Source: Mizuhopecten yessoensis
Lineage: Eukaryota
Length of the DNA: 64,000 nt
Reading direction: 5' to 3'
Assembly: GCF_002113885.1 (NCBI RefSeq)
Contig: NW_018407210.1
Location: 874,776 to 938,775 of the forward strand
Each line of letters begins with the position of its first letter. Position 1 is the first letter of the stretch. The notes below the pieces were generated by a model. That model made no database searches, was not told the origin of the DNA, and saw only the letters and a program-made list of their open reading frames with translations. A program made the translations under genes and the position numbers. Shown in pieces: positions 1 through 12,579 of this stretch.

Positions 1-222
1 ACTAGTCACTAGTGTACTGTAGTTATATAACTAGTCACTAGTGTACTGTAGTTATATAACTAGTCACTAGTGTACTGTAATTATATAACTGGTCACTAGT
101 GTACTGTAGTTATATATCTAGTCACTAGTATACTGTAGTTATATAACTAGTCAATATATAGTGTAGTGTAGTTGCATAACTAGTCACTAGTGTTTTGTGG
201 TTATATAACTAGTCACTAGTGT
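1..222. repeat. 29-bp minisatellite
   Basis: actagtcactagtgtactgtagttatata repeated. Confidence 0.9.
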
Positions 223-530
223 ACTGTACCTATCTCCCCCTACCGGGTATTTTGAGTGGTGATGTGACCTATCTCCCCCTACCGTGTATTTTGAGGGGTG
301 ATGTGACCCGCCTCCCCCTATCGGGTATTTTGAGTGGTGATGTGACCTATCTCCCCCTACCGGGTATTTTGAGTGGTGATGTGACCTGCCTCCCCCTACC
401 GGATATTTTGAGTGGTGATGTGACCTGCCTCCCCCTTTAATAGATTTCTTGGTATTTCGAGTGGTGATGTGACCTATCTCCCCCTACCGAGTATTTTGAG
501 TGGTGATGTGACCTGCCTCCCCCTTAAATA
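223..530. repeat. 39-bp minisatellite
   Basis: gtgatgtgacctatctccccctaccgggtattttgagtg repeated. Confidence 0.9.
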
Positions 531-556
531 GATTTCACTTTGTTATATTTGTCTAG

Positions 557-641
557 GTTTCACATCCACCCCCAGATCCAGTAGTCAGACACACTGAAGA
601 AGAAACCAAACCTCATCCAGTCACGAAGCGTGAAAAACCTG
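557..641 (+). CDS. SH3KBP1: CIN85/CD2AP-like gene, linker exon upstream of the third SH3 (VSHPPPDPVVRHTEEETKPHPVTKREKP+g)
   Basis: Acceptor tttgtctag and donor g|gtaagt; 85 bp open frame ending in phase 1, matching both the 1693 and 16014 acceptors. Confidence 0.75.
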
Positions 642-1692
642 GTAAGTCAACGCTGACACTTATGTTACTAACTATAGTAAGACATGTCAATGTACCTCTC
701 TGCTATTGTAACCTTAACCTAATTGTTAACATACACCACTTAGCAAAGTTCTATGGTAGCATCAGTAATGATCGTAAAAGTCTTCTTTGCTCTGATATAC
801 ATGTATTTCTTTTTGTTACACCTGCCTTAGCAACCCCTTATAGCGACTGTATTTAAACAAACCACAAAAGAACACTGTATAGTTTCCACCTGTACAATGT
901 TACCAGTGACTGGCTGTTTTGGTCCCAAATTGACCTATATGTAAAGCTATAACATTAAAATTGAATTGATATCAAACTTTGTACTTTTAGCAGTGGGTAC
1001 CTTGTCATACAGCACTAGTCACTGATGTAGATCTGTTGTCAAACTCATATTTATATCAGCACCTTTATACTCATATCCCTAACATTGTTTACTTCTATAG
1101 TAGCTACTAGTAGTATAAAAGCACATTTTTCTCAAAATGCTGATTGCCTGTTTAACCAACAATGAATATCGATTAGCATCATGTTGTCTCTAGAGAGGAA
1201 ATCAAAACAATTTAGTAATTTTCTTGTACCGTACATCATTAGAAATTGATTTGTCCAAGGGAATGAAGAAGGTACATCAGGTAATGAGAGAAAAGTGTGA
1301 TTTTGAAATGACTTACTTCTTCCATGATGTTGACCATTTTATTATCTTAACAGTTAAATTTGAGGGGGGAAATTTTAAGTCGAATGTGAAAATCCTGAAG
1401 AAATGTTCAGTCATGGGAGAAAGAGGTTTGTTGCTTGTGTTGAAGGGTTTCACAGGTTCTCCTCTGTCTCACATAAACATGGAATCCATTTTTGAAAATT
1501 ATCGATAATCCTCGGTATTCACAAGTAATTTCATCTGATGAAACTTTGCCTACAGTAGTATTACTAAGGTAGGAAAGGTGTTTTGTGTAGGGACATCTTG
1601 ACGAGACGTTGGGAGAAGCTGCGTGACTGATGGTGGTGCGTTTGGTGTACAGTGTAGGTGTGTATAGCTTGCATGTTTGATTTGCTCAACAG

Positions 1693-4600
1693 GTGTGCAT
1701 GACCTTACCCCCATTCCAGCACCCCGCCCATCCCAAGCATGTAGCCCCACCCCTCAGCCCAGAACTTATTACACTTCAGACTCCTATCCTGGGGACAAGG
1801 GCTCCCACAACTCAGACAAAAGCAGTCAGGAGAGCTCCCATACAGATCTGGAGGGGAGGGAAGGGGTGGAGGCTCAGGATAGCTGGGTCAATATCTTGTT
1901 TAGTGAGCAGGGATCAGATGATGAAAATGACAACAGAGAGGTGCAGTTTGAGCGTCTTGTGAAAAAAGAGAATGAGTCAGATGTAGATAAGGAGACAAAC
2001 CAGATACAAACAGATGATGTGATACAAGAAGGTGAAGAAATAAGTAACCAGTACCCATCCTACACCATCCGCTGTGGTCTGGATAAACTATCCCTCATGC
2101 AGCTCACACAAACAAAGGACTTGACCGAGGAGACACTGATAGAGTACGCAGATGTGGAAGTGGATGAAGAGAACAAGGAGAATATGATGTCAGGGAGATG
2201 TGTATCCGCCATAGCATCACTTGGGAGTGGAGGGAGTCGTACCTCAGTCCTAGTGTCAGGTAGACACAATACCAGTAATAACAACAATATACACATCAGC
2301 AATAATACAGAACTCAAGTCACACTCCAAGTCTGTCAACAGTTTAAAGTTAAATACGTCCATGGAGAAGCAGAACTTGGACAATTCTGTGTATAACACGA
2401 GAGTAGGGAGCTGGCTGTCAGATGATCACCAATCACCAACAGGCTCTGCCACCTCTGTGGCTGCAGTCTCCGGCAGAAAGAAGGAGTCGCTTTTTAAACG
2501 TGTCATCAAATTGGACATGTTTCGCAAGCGGTCCAAGTCAGTGATGCCCTACAATGGGAAGGACACAGAAGGAAAGCAAACTGAGATCTGTAAAAGACAG
2601 ATACCATCACTGACAGAACTCTGCAGGAACAAGTTGACACCAGACTGCCCAGATCCAGTTCGTACTCCTCTCAAGGAGATCACAAGTTCGCATGTCAATG
2701 AAGAGCAGGATCCTGATCAGTTAGGGTGCTTTGAAGTGTCAGTGGATTCCCTTGACAGGGTAGTGGGGAGTGAAGAAGCAGCCACTAAAAAGAAGACAAA
2801 TGCTATCCCAGAGATGTTCTCCGAGGACAGTGAATCACTCCTGACCATCATAATGAATCGGGACGATCTCAATAATGAGGAGGTCATCTGTAATAAGGAT
2901 GAGGACGGTGTTGGAGGTCAGTGTTCTGACATTCAAAATATTGCGAAAGGCTTAGCACTGGAAGGCGACCTGTATAACCCTGCAAGAGATGATCACAGAG
3001 ATAAGATAGCAAGGGACTCCTACCTAGGATCTCTCAACAGGACTGGCCAGTTGTCTCCCTTTATAAGAATGATTGCCAGTCGTTACCACTTGTTTGATCC
3101 TGTAACACAGAAATGGAAGGAGGGATACATGGATGGACCTGAGTACCTGGACTTGTCTGAAAGCTCTTCACCAGATTACCTTACTCAAGGCAGTCTCTCA
3201 CCAAACTCTGCTGTGAGTCAACAGGCAAGTCCCTGTCCTGTTCCTCTGGTGGCCACATGTTCACAGGTGCCACAGGTTGAGAACGATCAGCATCATAAGG
3301 CCTCCCCTATGTTACCAAGCTATAATATACTGCCTCCTGGCTCTGTGAAAGAGAAGGTCTTCCTCTATGAGCACCTCTATGTGAATGAGCTGGTAGATCA
3401 AGTGATTGAGCGGACGATGCATGGCCTCTGTGTAGAGCAGTGTCTGGAGGAGCTGGGAAAGTCAGGCCATCACCCAGAGTTATGTCGACAATTAATGATG
3501 GAATACAGTCAGTACAGTGAAGGCACGATTCCAGCCTCTCAAAGGTCTGAGGGGGAGATATCACCTCAGGGATCAGAAGTGGAGTTATCTCCTGAGGGAT
3601 CAGTAGGAGAGGTTATAACCTCTAAGGGATCTGATGGTGAGATATCTTCAGAATGTGAGGATGGCTGTATTCAGTCAAGTGAAATGTGTCAGAGTCAGAT
3701 TGAGTATTCTTTGTGCTCCGCCATTACCGATGTTGTCATGGACACAGATTACGCCACAGCCATGTCTGACATGGACACAGATGGGTCCTATGTGGTGTCT
3801 ACTCTCTCCAACGCAGACCTCAATACCAGCCTCCCTGAACCTGAAGACAGAGGTCAAACACCAGTAGGATTTAATGCCTCTGGGGAGTATGTAGACCTGC
3901 CAGAACAGCTGATACACTGCAGTGGCTATTATAACCACTCACACCCTGCAGTTAAGCCTTGTGATAATCCAGTACTACTACATCAAAAAAATATGGATGG
4001 TCCGTGGGTTTCGCCTGTTCACACACGACTCAGAATGGGCACAGGAGCATGTCCAAGGACGGATACGTTTCCACTCACACAGGATAGTCAGGATCTGTAT
4101 ACTCAGAGTTGTAGTATAGGAACCCAGACCCCAGACATTGTCGGTCGACCAACCACAGTCGACAACACCCCAACAAATAGATCAACAATCAGTTATGGGC
4201 TTGGTGTGTCTGGACACACAGAGGACCGAGCATCCTCTCCTATCAAGGAGCTACTGAGTTACGATACAACACTAGAGGACAGCTGGAATACCTCTGACCT
4301 TCTTGGGTCACCTGCCAAGGTCAAGGAAAGACCTCGTTACTCAAGCTCTCCTATTAAAACCTTTGTGGTGGAGGAAGATAAGAGAGGCAAGAGGAAGCTG
4401 GAGGATGTGAGTTACAAGCATGGCAAGGTACACTGCTCTGATGCCTGGCTGACAAGGAACCACAGTCTTCCCCGACGTGACAGAAGTAATCACTCTCTAG
4501 CATCAAGATCCTCGTCCCTGGATGTGAACACAGAGGAGACCTTCAATGTGCATGACTGTACAGAGAAAAGACGGAAACGTTTTTCCTGGAAGAAAATGTT

Positions 4601-6416
4601 CCAATCCAAAGTCAAGGAACCTGTTGTTCTTATCTCTTACAGGAAACGGTCAGACCAGGAGTTGGAGGAAGATCTGATAAAAGGCCCTCTAATCCTTAAT
4701 GAGGAGGGAAAAGATGTCTCAATGGAATCAGGGAGGACCAAACCTCTGAACTCTGGTAATCATGCTTTGTATGTTAATCAGGTACATCAAGACCATCCAT
4801 CAATATTCTATAGGACTAAGCCCTTCTCTGAGGACCTTAATACAGTGGAGACATTCTTCTCTCATGATCAGGATGAGCCCCATAGTCTTGATCAGTGCAG
4901 AACTCAAGGACCAGATATTCTCATTCAGGACAGAGTTCAGCTTTCCCAGGCTGCCCTCGAGGAGGAAGAAGGAGACGAGTCAGATGGAGAGCAATACAGT
5001 CTGTGTGACATGGAGATTGATGAGGAGGAGGAGCAGGCAAGGATTGAACGAGTTAGAGACACCAAGGGGCATTGTGGGCAGTGTGACCTTAGTGACCTTC
5101 ACATCCATGGTCAGGGTATGATGTCACAAAGTACTGCACATTCAGACATACTGGACCCCAGTAAGGAGGCTTGGAGAGCTGGCCCAAGTGGATTGAACCA
5201 GAAGTCCCTGCCTGATGAGGACAGTGATGATGAAGGTGACAGTGAGGGGGTGTCCCTAGACTCGCCCAACATCAGTCCCAGTCTCGCCATTGCCATTAGG
5301 AACAACATGGTTGCCACTCCTGAATCACCCGAGATTAACCTTGACTCGTTCCTACAGGAGGCGTTACGTCCTATTGATGACCTATTGGAAGAGTCAGCAG
5401 AGGGTGTCGATCTAGAAGAGGAGATAACTCCACGAATTGACAGCCATGTTCTTCATCCTTATACTTCAGAGTTACCTGAAAAATATCCAGGTTTTACATA
5501 CATCTCTCCCTCTATGGAAAACATCCTGGCTATGTATGAAGATGAGTCTCCTTACGAATCACAATATATCCAAAAGGGACAAGGGGATGTACTCGCAGCC
5601 AAAGATAGCTGTCAAGCTGAAACAGACACTAGCTCTTTGTCCCTAGAATATGTTCTGTGTCTAGAGAGGAAGTTCCAAGAGGAACTCGGTTCTGAGCTTG
5701 AATTCACACCACAAAATACTCCACTAAACACGCCACAGCACACACCGAGGGAAGATAACGTGGAAAGATATCCAAGTTTTACCTTTGTAGGAGAGGAGGT
5801 GTCACAAGCTGGCTGTTTTGGGGAAGTGTCTCTGGATTGTTGTGATAGAGAGGCAGGCAAGTCCAACCTGAGTAGCAGTGCTGAGGGACTGTATGACTAT
5901 GGTGAGGACACTTTCGAGAGCTCGGACAGTGAAGAAGAAAAAGAAGCTCGGACAGTAACTGAAAAAAGAAATGTTTATGTTCCAGTAGATGATAGCGAGG
6001 AAATTGAGGAAGTCATCGAGGTGGACTGTCCCCTTCACCAGTCTACAAATGATTCATTAGGATTGGATATCCAGAGTTTTCTAGATGGTACAAAAAGTGA
6101 AGAGTCCTACTTAGTGTTTGATTCGGACACGGAGAGGGTTCCATCCTTTATCACTGAGTATGTGAACATCCCGCCCACAGACCATCACACAGATATGCTT
6201 GGAGCATGTGCTCTGCCTACACTGGAAGATCAAGTGCAGAACCTAGAAAGGGGAGATAATCAGGATAGTATGGACCCAGATTCTAGAGGGCGCTCAAGCT
6301 ACTGCTTTTTAGGGCCATCAACAGAAGTGATAGAAGATAATGGACTCAGTGACAGTGGTCTACTTTTATCCTTCAGCTCCAGTCCAGACAGCTCCAGTAG
6401 TACCATTAATGTGTGA
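1693..6416 (+). CDS. Giant (~1574 aa) acidic, Ser-rich, probably disordered coding exon; putative alternative terminal exon of the CIN85/CD2AP-like gene
   Basis: Uninterrupted ORF 1677-6416; acceptor tttgctcaacag|gt at 1692/1693 gives g+gt=Gly in phase 1 with exon 557-641; starts with PIPAPR and PTPQPR; AATAAA at 8940-8945. Confidence 0.8.
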
Positions 6417-7795
6417 ACTACAACAATGACTCAGGACATAACATTGAAGTGTGAACTACAACAATAACGCAGGACATACCATTAATGTGTGAACTACAAC
6501 AATGACTCAGGACATATCATTAATGTGTGAACTACAACAATAACGCAGGACATACCATTAATGTGTGGACTACAACAATGACTCAGGACATACCATTAAT
6601 GTGTGGACTACAACATTAACTCAGGACATACCATTAATGTGTGGACTACAACATTAACTCAGGGCATACCATTAATGTGTGAACTACAACAATAACTCAG
6701 GACATACCATTAATGTGTGAACTACAACAATGACTCAGGGCATACCATTAATGTGTGGACTACAACAATAACTCAGGGCATACCATGAATGTGTGAACTA
6801 CAACAATGACTCAGGCCATACCATTAATGTGTGGACTACAACAATGACTGAGGACATACCATTAATGTGTGGACTATAACAATGACTCAGGACATACCAT
6901 TACTGTGTGAACTACAACAATAACTCAGGAAATACCATTAATGTGTGAACTACAACAAGGCCTCAGGACATACCATTAATGTGTGGACTATAACAATGAC
7001 TCAGGACATACCATTACTGTGTGAACTACAACAATAACTCAGGGCATACCATGAATGTGTGAACTACAACAATGACTCAGGGCATACCATTAATGTGTGG
7101 ACTACAACAATGAATCAGGACATACCATTAATGTGTGAACTACAACAAGGACTCGGGACATACCATTAATGTGTGAACTACAACAATAACTCAGGACATA
7201 TCATCAATGTGTGAACTACAACAATAACTCAGGACATACCATTAATGTGTGGACTACAACACTAACTCAGGACATACCATTAATTTGTGAACTACAACAA
7301 TGACTCAGGACATTCCATTAATGTGTGAACTACATCAATGACTCAGGACATACCATTAATGTGTGGACTACAACACTAACTCAGGACATACCATTAATGT
7401 GTGAACTACAACAATGACTCAGGACATTCCATTAATGTGTGAACTACAACAATAACTCAGGACATACCATTAATGTGTGAACTACAACAGTGACTCAGGA
7501 CATACCATTAATGTGTGAACTACAACAATGACTCAGGACATACCATTAATGTGTGAACTACAACAATAACTCGGGACATACCATTAATGTGTGAACTACA
7601 ACAATGACTCAGGACATACCATTAATGTGTGAACTACATCAATGACTCAGGACATACCATTAATGTGTGAACTACAACAATAACTCAGGACATACCATTA
7701 ATGTGTGAACTACAACAATGACTCAGGACATACCAGTAATGTGTGAACTACATCAATGACTCAGGACATACCATTAATGTGTGAACTACAACAAC
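6402..7795. repeat. 38-bp minisatellite (~36 copies) whose first unit includes the giant ORF stop codon
   Basis: accattaatgtgtgaactacaacaatgactcaggacat. Confidence 0.95.
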
Positions 7796-8342
7796 AGTTT
7801 GTACTGTTACTAACCTTTGGCTGTATTCATATGATTCTGTACTTTAACTTACCTATGGCTGTAATTATAAGAGTTTACTATGTACCTAAACTTTGGCTCT
7901 AATCATATCAGAAAGCTGTGACTAAAATTTTGCTGTACTCATATCTGTTTGTACTGTAACTTAACTATGGCTTTAATCATAACAGTTTTAACTGTAACTA
8001 ACCTTTGGCTGTGAAAATACCAGTAAACTGTACCTTAACTTAGGCTATTATCATATCAGCTTGTAATGTAACTTAAGAATTGGTGTTATCATATCAGTTT
8101 GTACTGTAACTAAAGAATTGCTGTAATCATATCAGTTTGTACTGTAACTAAAGAATTGCTGTAATCATATCATTTTGTACTGTAACTAAAGAATTGCTGT
8201 AATCATATCAGTTTGTACTGTAACTTAAGAATTGCTGTAATCGTATCAGTTTGTACTGTAACTAAAGAAGTGCTGTAATCATATCAGTTTGTACCGTAAC
8301 TTAAGAATTGCTGTAATAATACCAGTAAGCTGTAACTTAACT
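7796..8342. repeat. Diverged 38-39-bp minisatellite
   Basis: cagtttgtactgtaactaaagaattgctgtaatcatat. Confidence 0.85.
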
Positions 8343-8939
8343 TTGATGTCATTATCATTAATATAAGTTTATACTTTATTTGTGCTTGGACATTTTACAC
8401 CAATGTGTACATGTTTGTAGTGATGCACGTAGAAGTAGTAACATCTGATGGAAATGTTATAGACACAGTGTCCGGATTGATGTGGTTAACTCTGCTAAAG
8501 GTATTTCCCGAGGATGTAAGAAACTGTTGTGTGATAAATCCTGAGAGATTAGATATTGAGAGAGCACCTTTAACTGAATCATGAGAACTCCATTAACTTT
8601 CAAGTATTAATTTGTGACATGAAAATTGTAGTCTTCGGCTTCTATTGATACATGGTTTCATGAAGTTTAGAAAACATACAATTGATTACATTCCGAGTCA
8701 ATATATATTTTTCTGGAGCCGGCCCTAACTGTATAGTGATAAGGATGGTTGGTAATATGTACGATACATTTGTATATATAGTGTTGATGGTCGAGTCTGT
8801 TCAGTTGTATTTAATGAGTTGAAGCTATTTCCTTGATTTGTCTTCTGATAAAGTTTTGTAGTTTGAGATTCAAGTTAACCTGCTATGTTTATATTTCTGC
8901 ATTGTATTCCTTCGTTTACAAACTTTACTTATTAAGTTG

Positions 8940-8945
8940 AATAAA
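8940..8945 (+). terminator. Candidate polyadenylation signal for the giant-exon isoform
   Basis: AATAAA after an AT/U-rich UTR-like stretch, followed by T-rich sequence. Confidence 0.4.
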
Positions 8946-9055
8946 ATGCATTACAAATTGATCAATCTGCATGTTTATTTCTGATAATGATGGATGCTAC
9001 AGCAATCATGATCATAATAATTGAAGATCACGCTCTCAGTGATGGTTTCACATAT

Positions 9056-10415
9056 GGTGATTTTACAGATAACTGATAATTTCAGTAATGCAGTGATTTT
9101 ACAGATAATGGATAATTTCAGTAATGCAGTGATTTTACAGATAACGGATAATTTCAGTAGTGCAGTGATTTTACAGATAACGAATAAATTTCAGTAATGC
9201 AGTGATTTTACATACAATGGATAATTTCAGTAATGCAGTGATTTTACAGATAACGGATAATTTCAGTAATGCAGTGATTTTACATATAATGGATAATTTC
9301 AGTAATGCAGTGATTTTACAGATAACGAATAATTTCAGTAATGCAGTGATTCTACAGATAATGGATAATTTCAGTAATGCAGTGATTTTACATATAACGG
9401 ATAATTTCAGTAATGCAGTGATTTTACAGATAATGGATAATTTCAGTAATGCAGTGATTTTACATATAATGGATAATTTCAGTAATGCAGTGATTTTACA
9501 GATAACGAATAATTTCAGTAATGCAGTGATTTTACAGATAATGGATAATTTCAGTAATGCAGTGATTTTACATATAAGGGATAATTTCAGTAATGCAGTG
9601 ATTTTACAGATAATGGATAATTTCAGTAATGCAGTGATTTTACATATAATGGATAATTTCAGTAATGCAGTGATTTTGCATATAACGGATAATTTCAGTA
9701 ATGCAGTGATTTTACCAATCTGATTAAAATCATATGTTACATGGCTTCGTTAACTTCGTACTGCACCTGAACATCTGAGTGTGCCGCGGTCAGGGTCACG
9801 TTCAGGTGACCTTTATATTTATAAATACTCATTAAGTTTTGACCAATCAGAGACCCTCTTTCAAAAGGGCGCTCGGAGTTGTAACAAATAGGTCGGACAT
9901 TGATGAGAATGATGCGAAAGTTATTTCAGATTGATCGTCTGAAACCCAAACAGAAAAAAGATATTCGAAGCTTTATTACAGAAGAAAGACTGAAACCCAA
10001 ACAGAAAAAAGATATTCGAAGCTTTATTACAGAAGAAAGACTGTATGGCGGTGTTGCCTACGCAATTATTACCCAATGGGTACGTTTTCCTTGTCGTCGT
10101 AGAAACGTCAGTTCCCGCTGCCATATTTGTTTTGGAAAACTAATCTGTTCGTTTCCCCTCGCTATTTATCCATCAACCATGATATTCCAATTCGCTGGCA
10201 AACTTTTGCCAGCGCGCCTCTGATTGGTTCATCTAAAGGTCACTTGAACGTGACCCTGACTGGGCACATTCAGATGTTCAGGCGGAGCCATGTAACAGAT
10301 GATTTTAATCAGATTGTGATTTTACATATAACGGATAATTTCAGTAATGCAGTGATTTTGCATATAACGGATAATTTCAGTAATGCAGTGATTTTACAGA
10401 TAATGGATAACTTTG
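9056..10415. repeat. 36-bp minisatellite interrupted by the TIR element; followed by a 21-bp repeat to ~10582
   Basis: gataatttcagtaatgcagtgattttacagataatg. Confidence 0.95.
9716..10316. mobile_element. Non-autonomous TIR DNA transposon, AcademH-like, with RecQ-helicase remnant
   Basis: Imperfect TIRs >100 bp (CAATCTGATTAAAATC...GATTTTAATCAGATTG); 9-bp TSD tgattttac at 9707-9715 and 10317-10325; internal frameshifted FQIDRLKPKQK/IFEALLQKKDCMAVLPT. Confidence 0.75.
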
Positions 10416-12579
10416 GTAATGATGATGATGACAACAATGATTTCACTGATGACAACAATGATTTCACTAATGACAATGATTTCACTGATGACAACAATAC
10501 AACAATGATTTCACTGATGACAACAATGATTTCACTGATGACAACAATGATTTCACTGATGAAGACAATGATTTCACTGATGCTAATTTTATGATTGTGA
10601 TGATTTGAGAGGTAATTGTTATTTCAGAGGTGATACTGATTTCACCAATGATGATAGTTATAATTTACTGTGATAAGTGACCACCATTCACCATTGGGAT
10701 TCTATCTCTGATACTTGTAATTTACTGGTGAGGTAGTGTTTACCACTGGGGAAAAAGGTTACCAGTGAAAATGATATTACCCAGTAAAGTTAATGAATGA
10801 TGTTCCATTGAGGTTAATGTTGAACTGATTGGCTGCCACTGTCAACCTCCTGATATGTCCGGACCGTACACTGATCATAGCTTTAGTGATTCAGTTCTGT
10901 CAGCCATAAAAGCAGGAACAGACACAAAAACACATTCCTATACGTGTTAAACTGGTACCTTAGGGCTTCACAATTAGTAAAGTTTGCTACATTATATATG
11001 GTCAATAGATAGCCTCATTGGACAAAAATGGGTTTTATCTAGTGTAAATATGGTATCTTTGACTATTGTGATTAATTAAAAGATGAACAGGTTGTATGGT
11101 AGAAGTTTCCACCTTTTGACACAGGTAAAAGGTGTGTACAGTGGATAAAGATGGGCCTGTTATCTATGGTAAATATGGTATTTGACTATTATGACTAATT
11201 ACAGACAGGTTGTATAGTAGAAGTATTTACCTTTAGACACGGGTATATGTAATAGATGTGTATGGAGATGGGCTCGTTATCTACGGTAAATATGGTATCT
11301 GTGACTGGGTACAAATCACCTGGTGTGTATCTTGGGGTCAAACTAACGATTTATTAGTCCATGTTATAAAGGTTGAGTGGACAGAGAATGTTAATTTACA
11401 TAATATATAAAACCACACCCTCTCTAGGTCTCACACAGACGGGAGACATCTGCAGTGATCAATTCCTTTAAACAATATGCAGATCTAATTTTAATGTCCT
11501 AACTGGTGCTTCTATAATTATATACACATTCCAGGTAATCTGAGATCACCTGTAACATTCGTTTTTAAGTTTTTTTGCAGTAACTATGATGACTACCTTG
11601 CTATATATACAGGTTAGATGTTCTCTGTGTAATAAACTCCCACTATTGTCAGCCTCCCTCCATACTTAGATTTTTGTCCTTTAGCAGTCCTCACGATGTG
11701 ACTTGTCTCACAACAGTCCTAATGGTGACTCCTCCTGATCATTTCACATAGTGATAAATGTCTTGCATACTAAACCCTTATACATCGCATAAACGATGTA
11801 AAGACAATTCCTGGATAGGCATTGGTTTCTTCCTGTGCATGTACTGTACAGGAAACGTGTCTGACCCAAAGTTGGCTTTGATTTCCTGACTTTTTAGATA
11901 TAGAGAGGCTGCTGTTTCTAGTAATAAAATTACTTCTTGATATGAAGGAGCCTCACTGAATCAGCTGTCATAACAATGTAATACTAAGAGAAAAGTCATA
12001 AATAGTACTTAACCCTGGACGGAACAGACTTTAGTGTTGACAATCAACTCCTTCAGACCTTGACCTAGGTTCCGGTAAGAGGATGTGGTAAATCAGGGTA
12101 CCGGTGGTGACAGTGGGATCAAGTGTGTATTAATGTGATCCATAACATGGAGGACTGATGGAAGTTACAGGGTGTTACAATACATTCTTGACCACTGGCT
12201 GATGATAGGTAATGCAGGCCTAACAACTGGTCATTTCATCCTGTCTGTCCCAGAGGAGAAGGAAGTTTTCTTTAGTGGACATCCCAGAGAAGATAACAGC
12301 TGGTCAGCCTGCTCCAGTACCATACCGCTGCCACTAACAGGATTTGGTACATAGCTCCTACCACTGGAGTATCTAACCACTGGGACTATTGACGTGCATT
12401 CTAGCAGTCTTCAATTGATTATCAGGTTTTCATAGGAGATGATGCATGTGTGATTGTTGGTATTGTGAGGAGACATTAGAAATCCCTGTCTACCTGGAGT
12501 AGTAATATATCAGGACTAGTGGAGCCTTTGTCACCTACACAAGGCCGCCTCAGTGTTGTGTCAGACCAACTGTTCTGTG

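Noticed and set aside
1224-1508. 94-aa ORF upstream of the giant exon
   Set aside because: Non-ATG start, no convincing splice sites or recognisable homology
1677-6416. Giant ORF as a transposon or viral gene
   Set aside because: No RT, integrase, transposase, helicase or capsid motifs are recognisable; there are no TIR/LTR/TSD flanks; it has an in-phase acceptor; the listed TTG start is not a real eukaryotic start
6402-7795. CRISPR-like periodicity of the 34-40-bp arrays (here and elsewhere)
   Set aside because: Units are head-to-tail with no unique spacers, there are no cas genes, and the context is eukaryotic intron/UTR
9202-9723. 173-aa repetitive ORF (and similar ORFs at 219, 12519-13026, 17024, 19657-20723, 23096-23403, 25308-26467, 43116, 57314-57991)
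   Set aside because: Translations of stop-free minisatellite frames with no independent coding evidence
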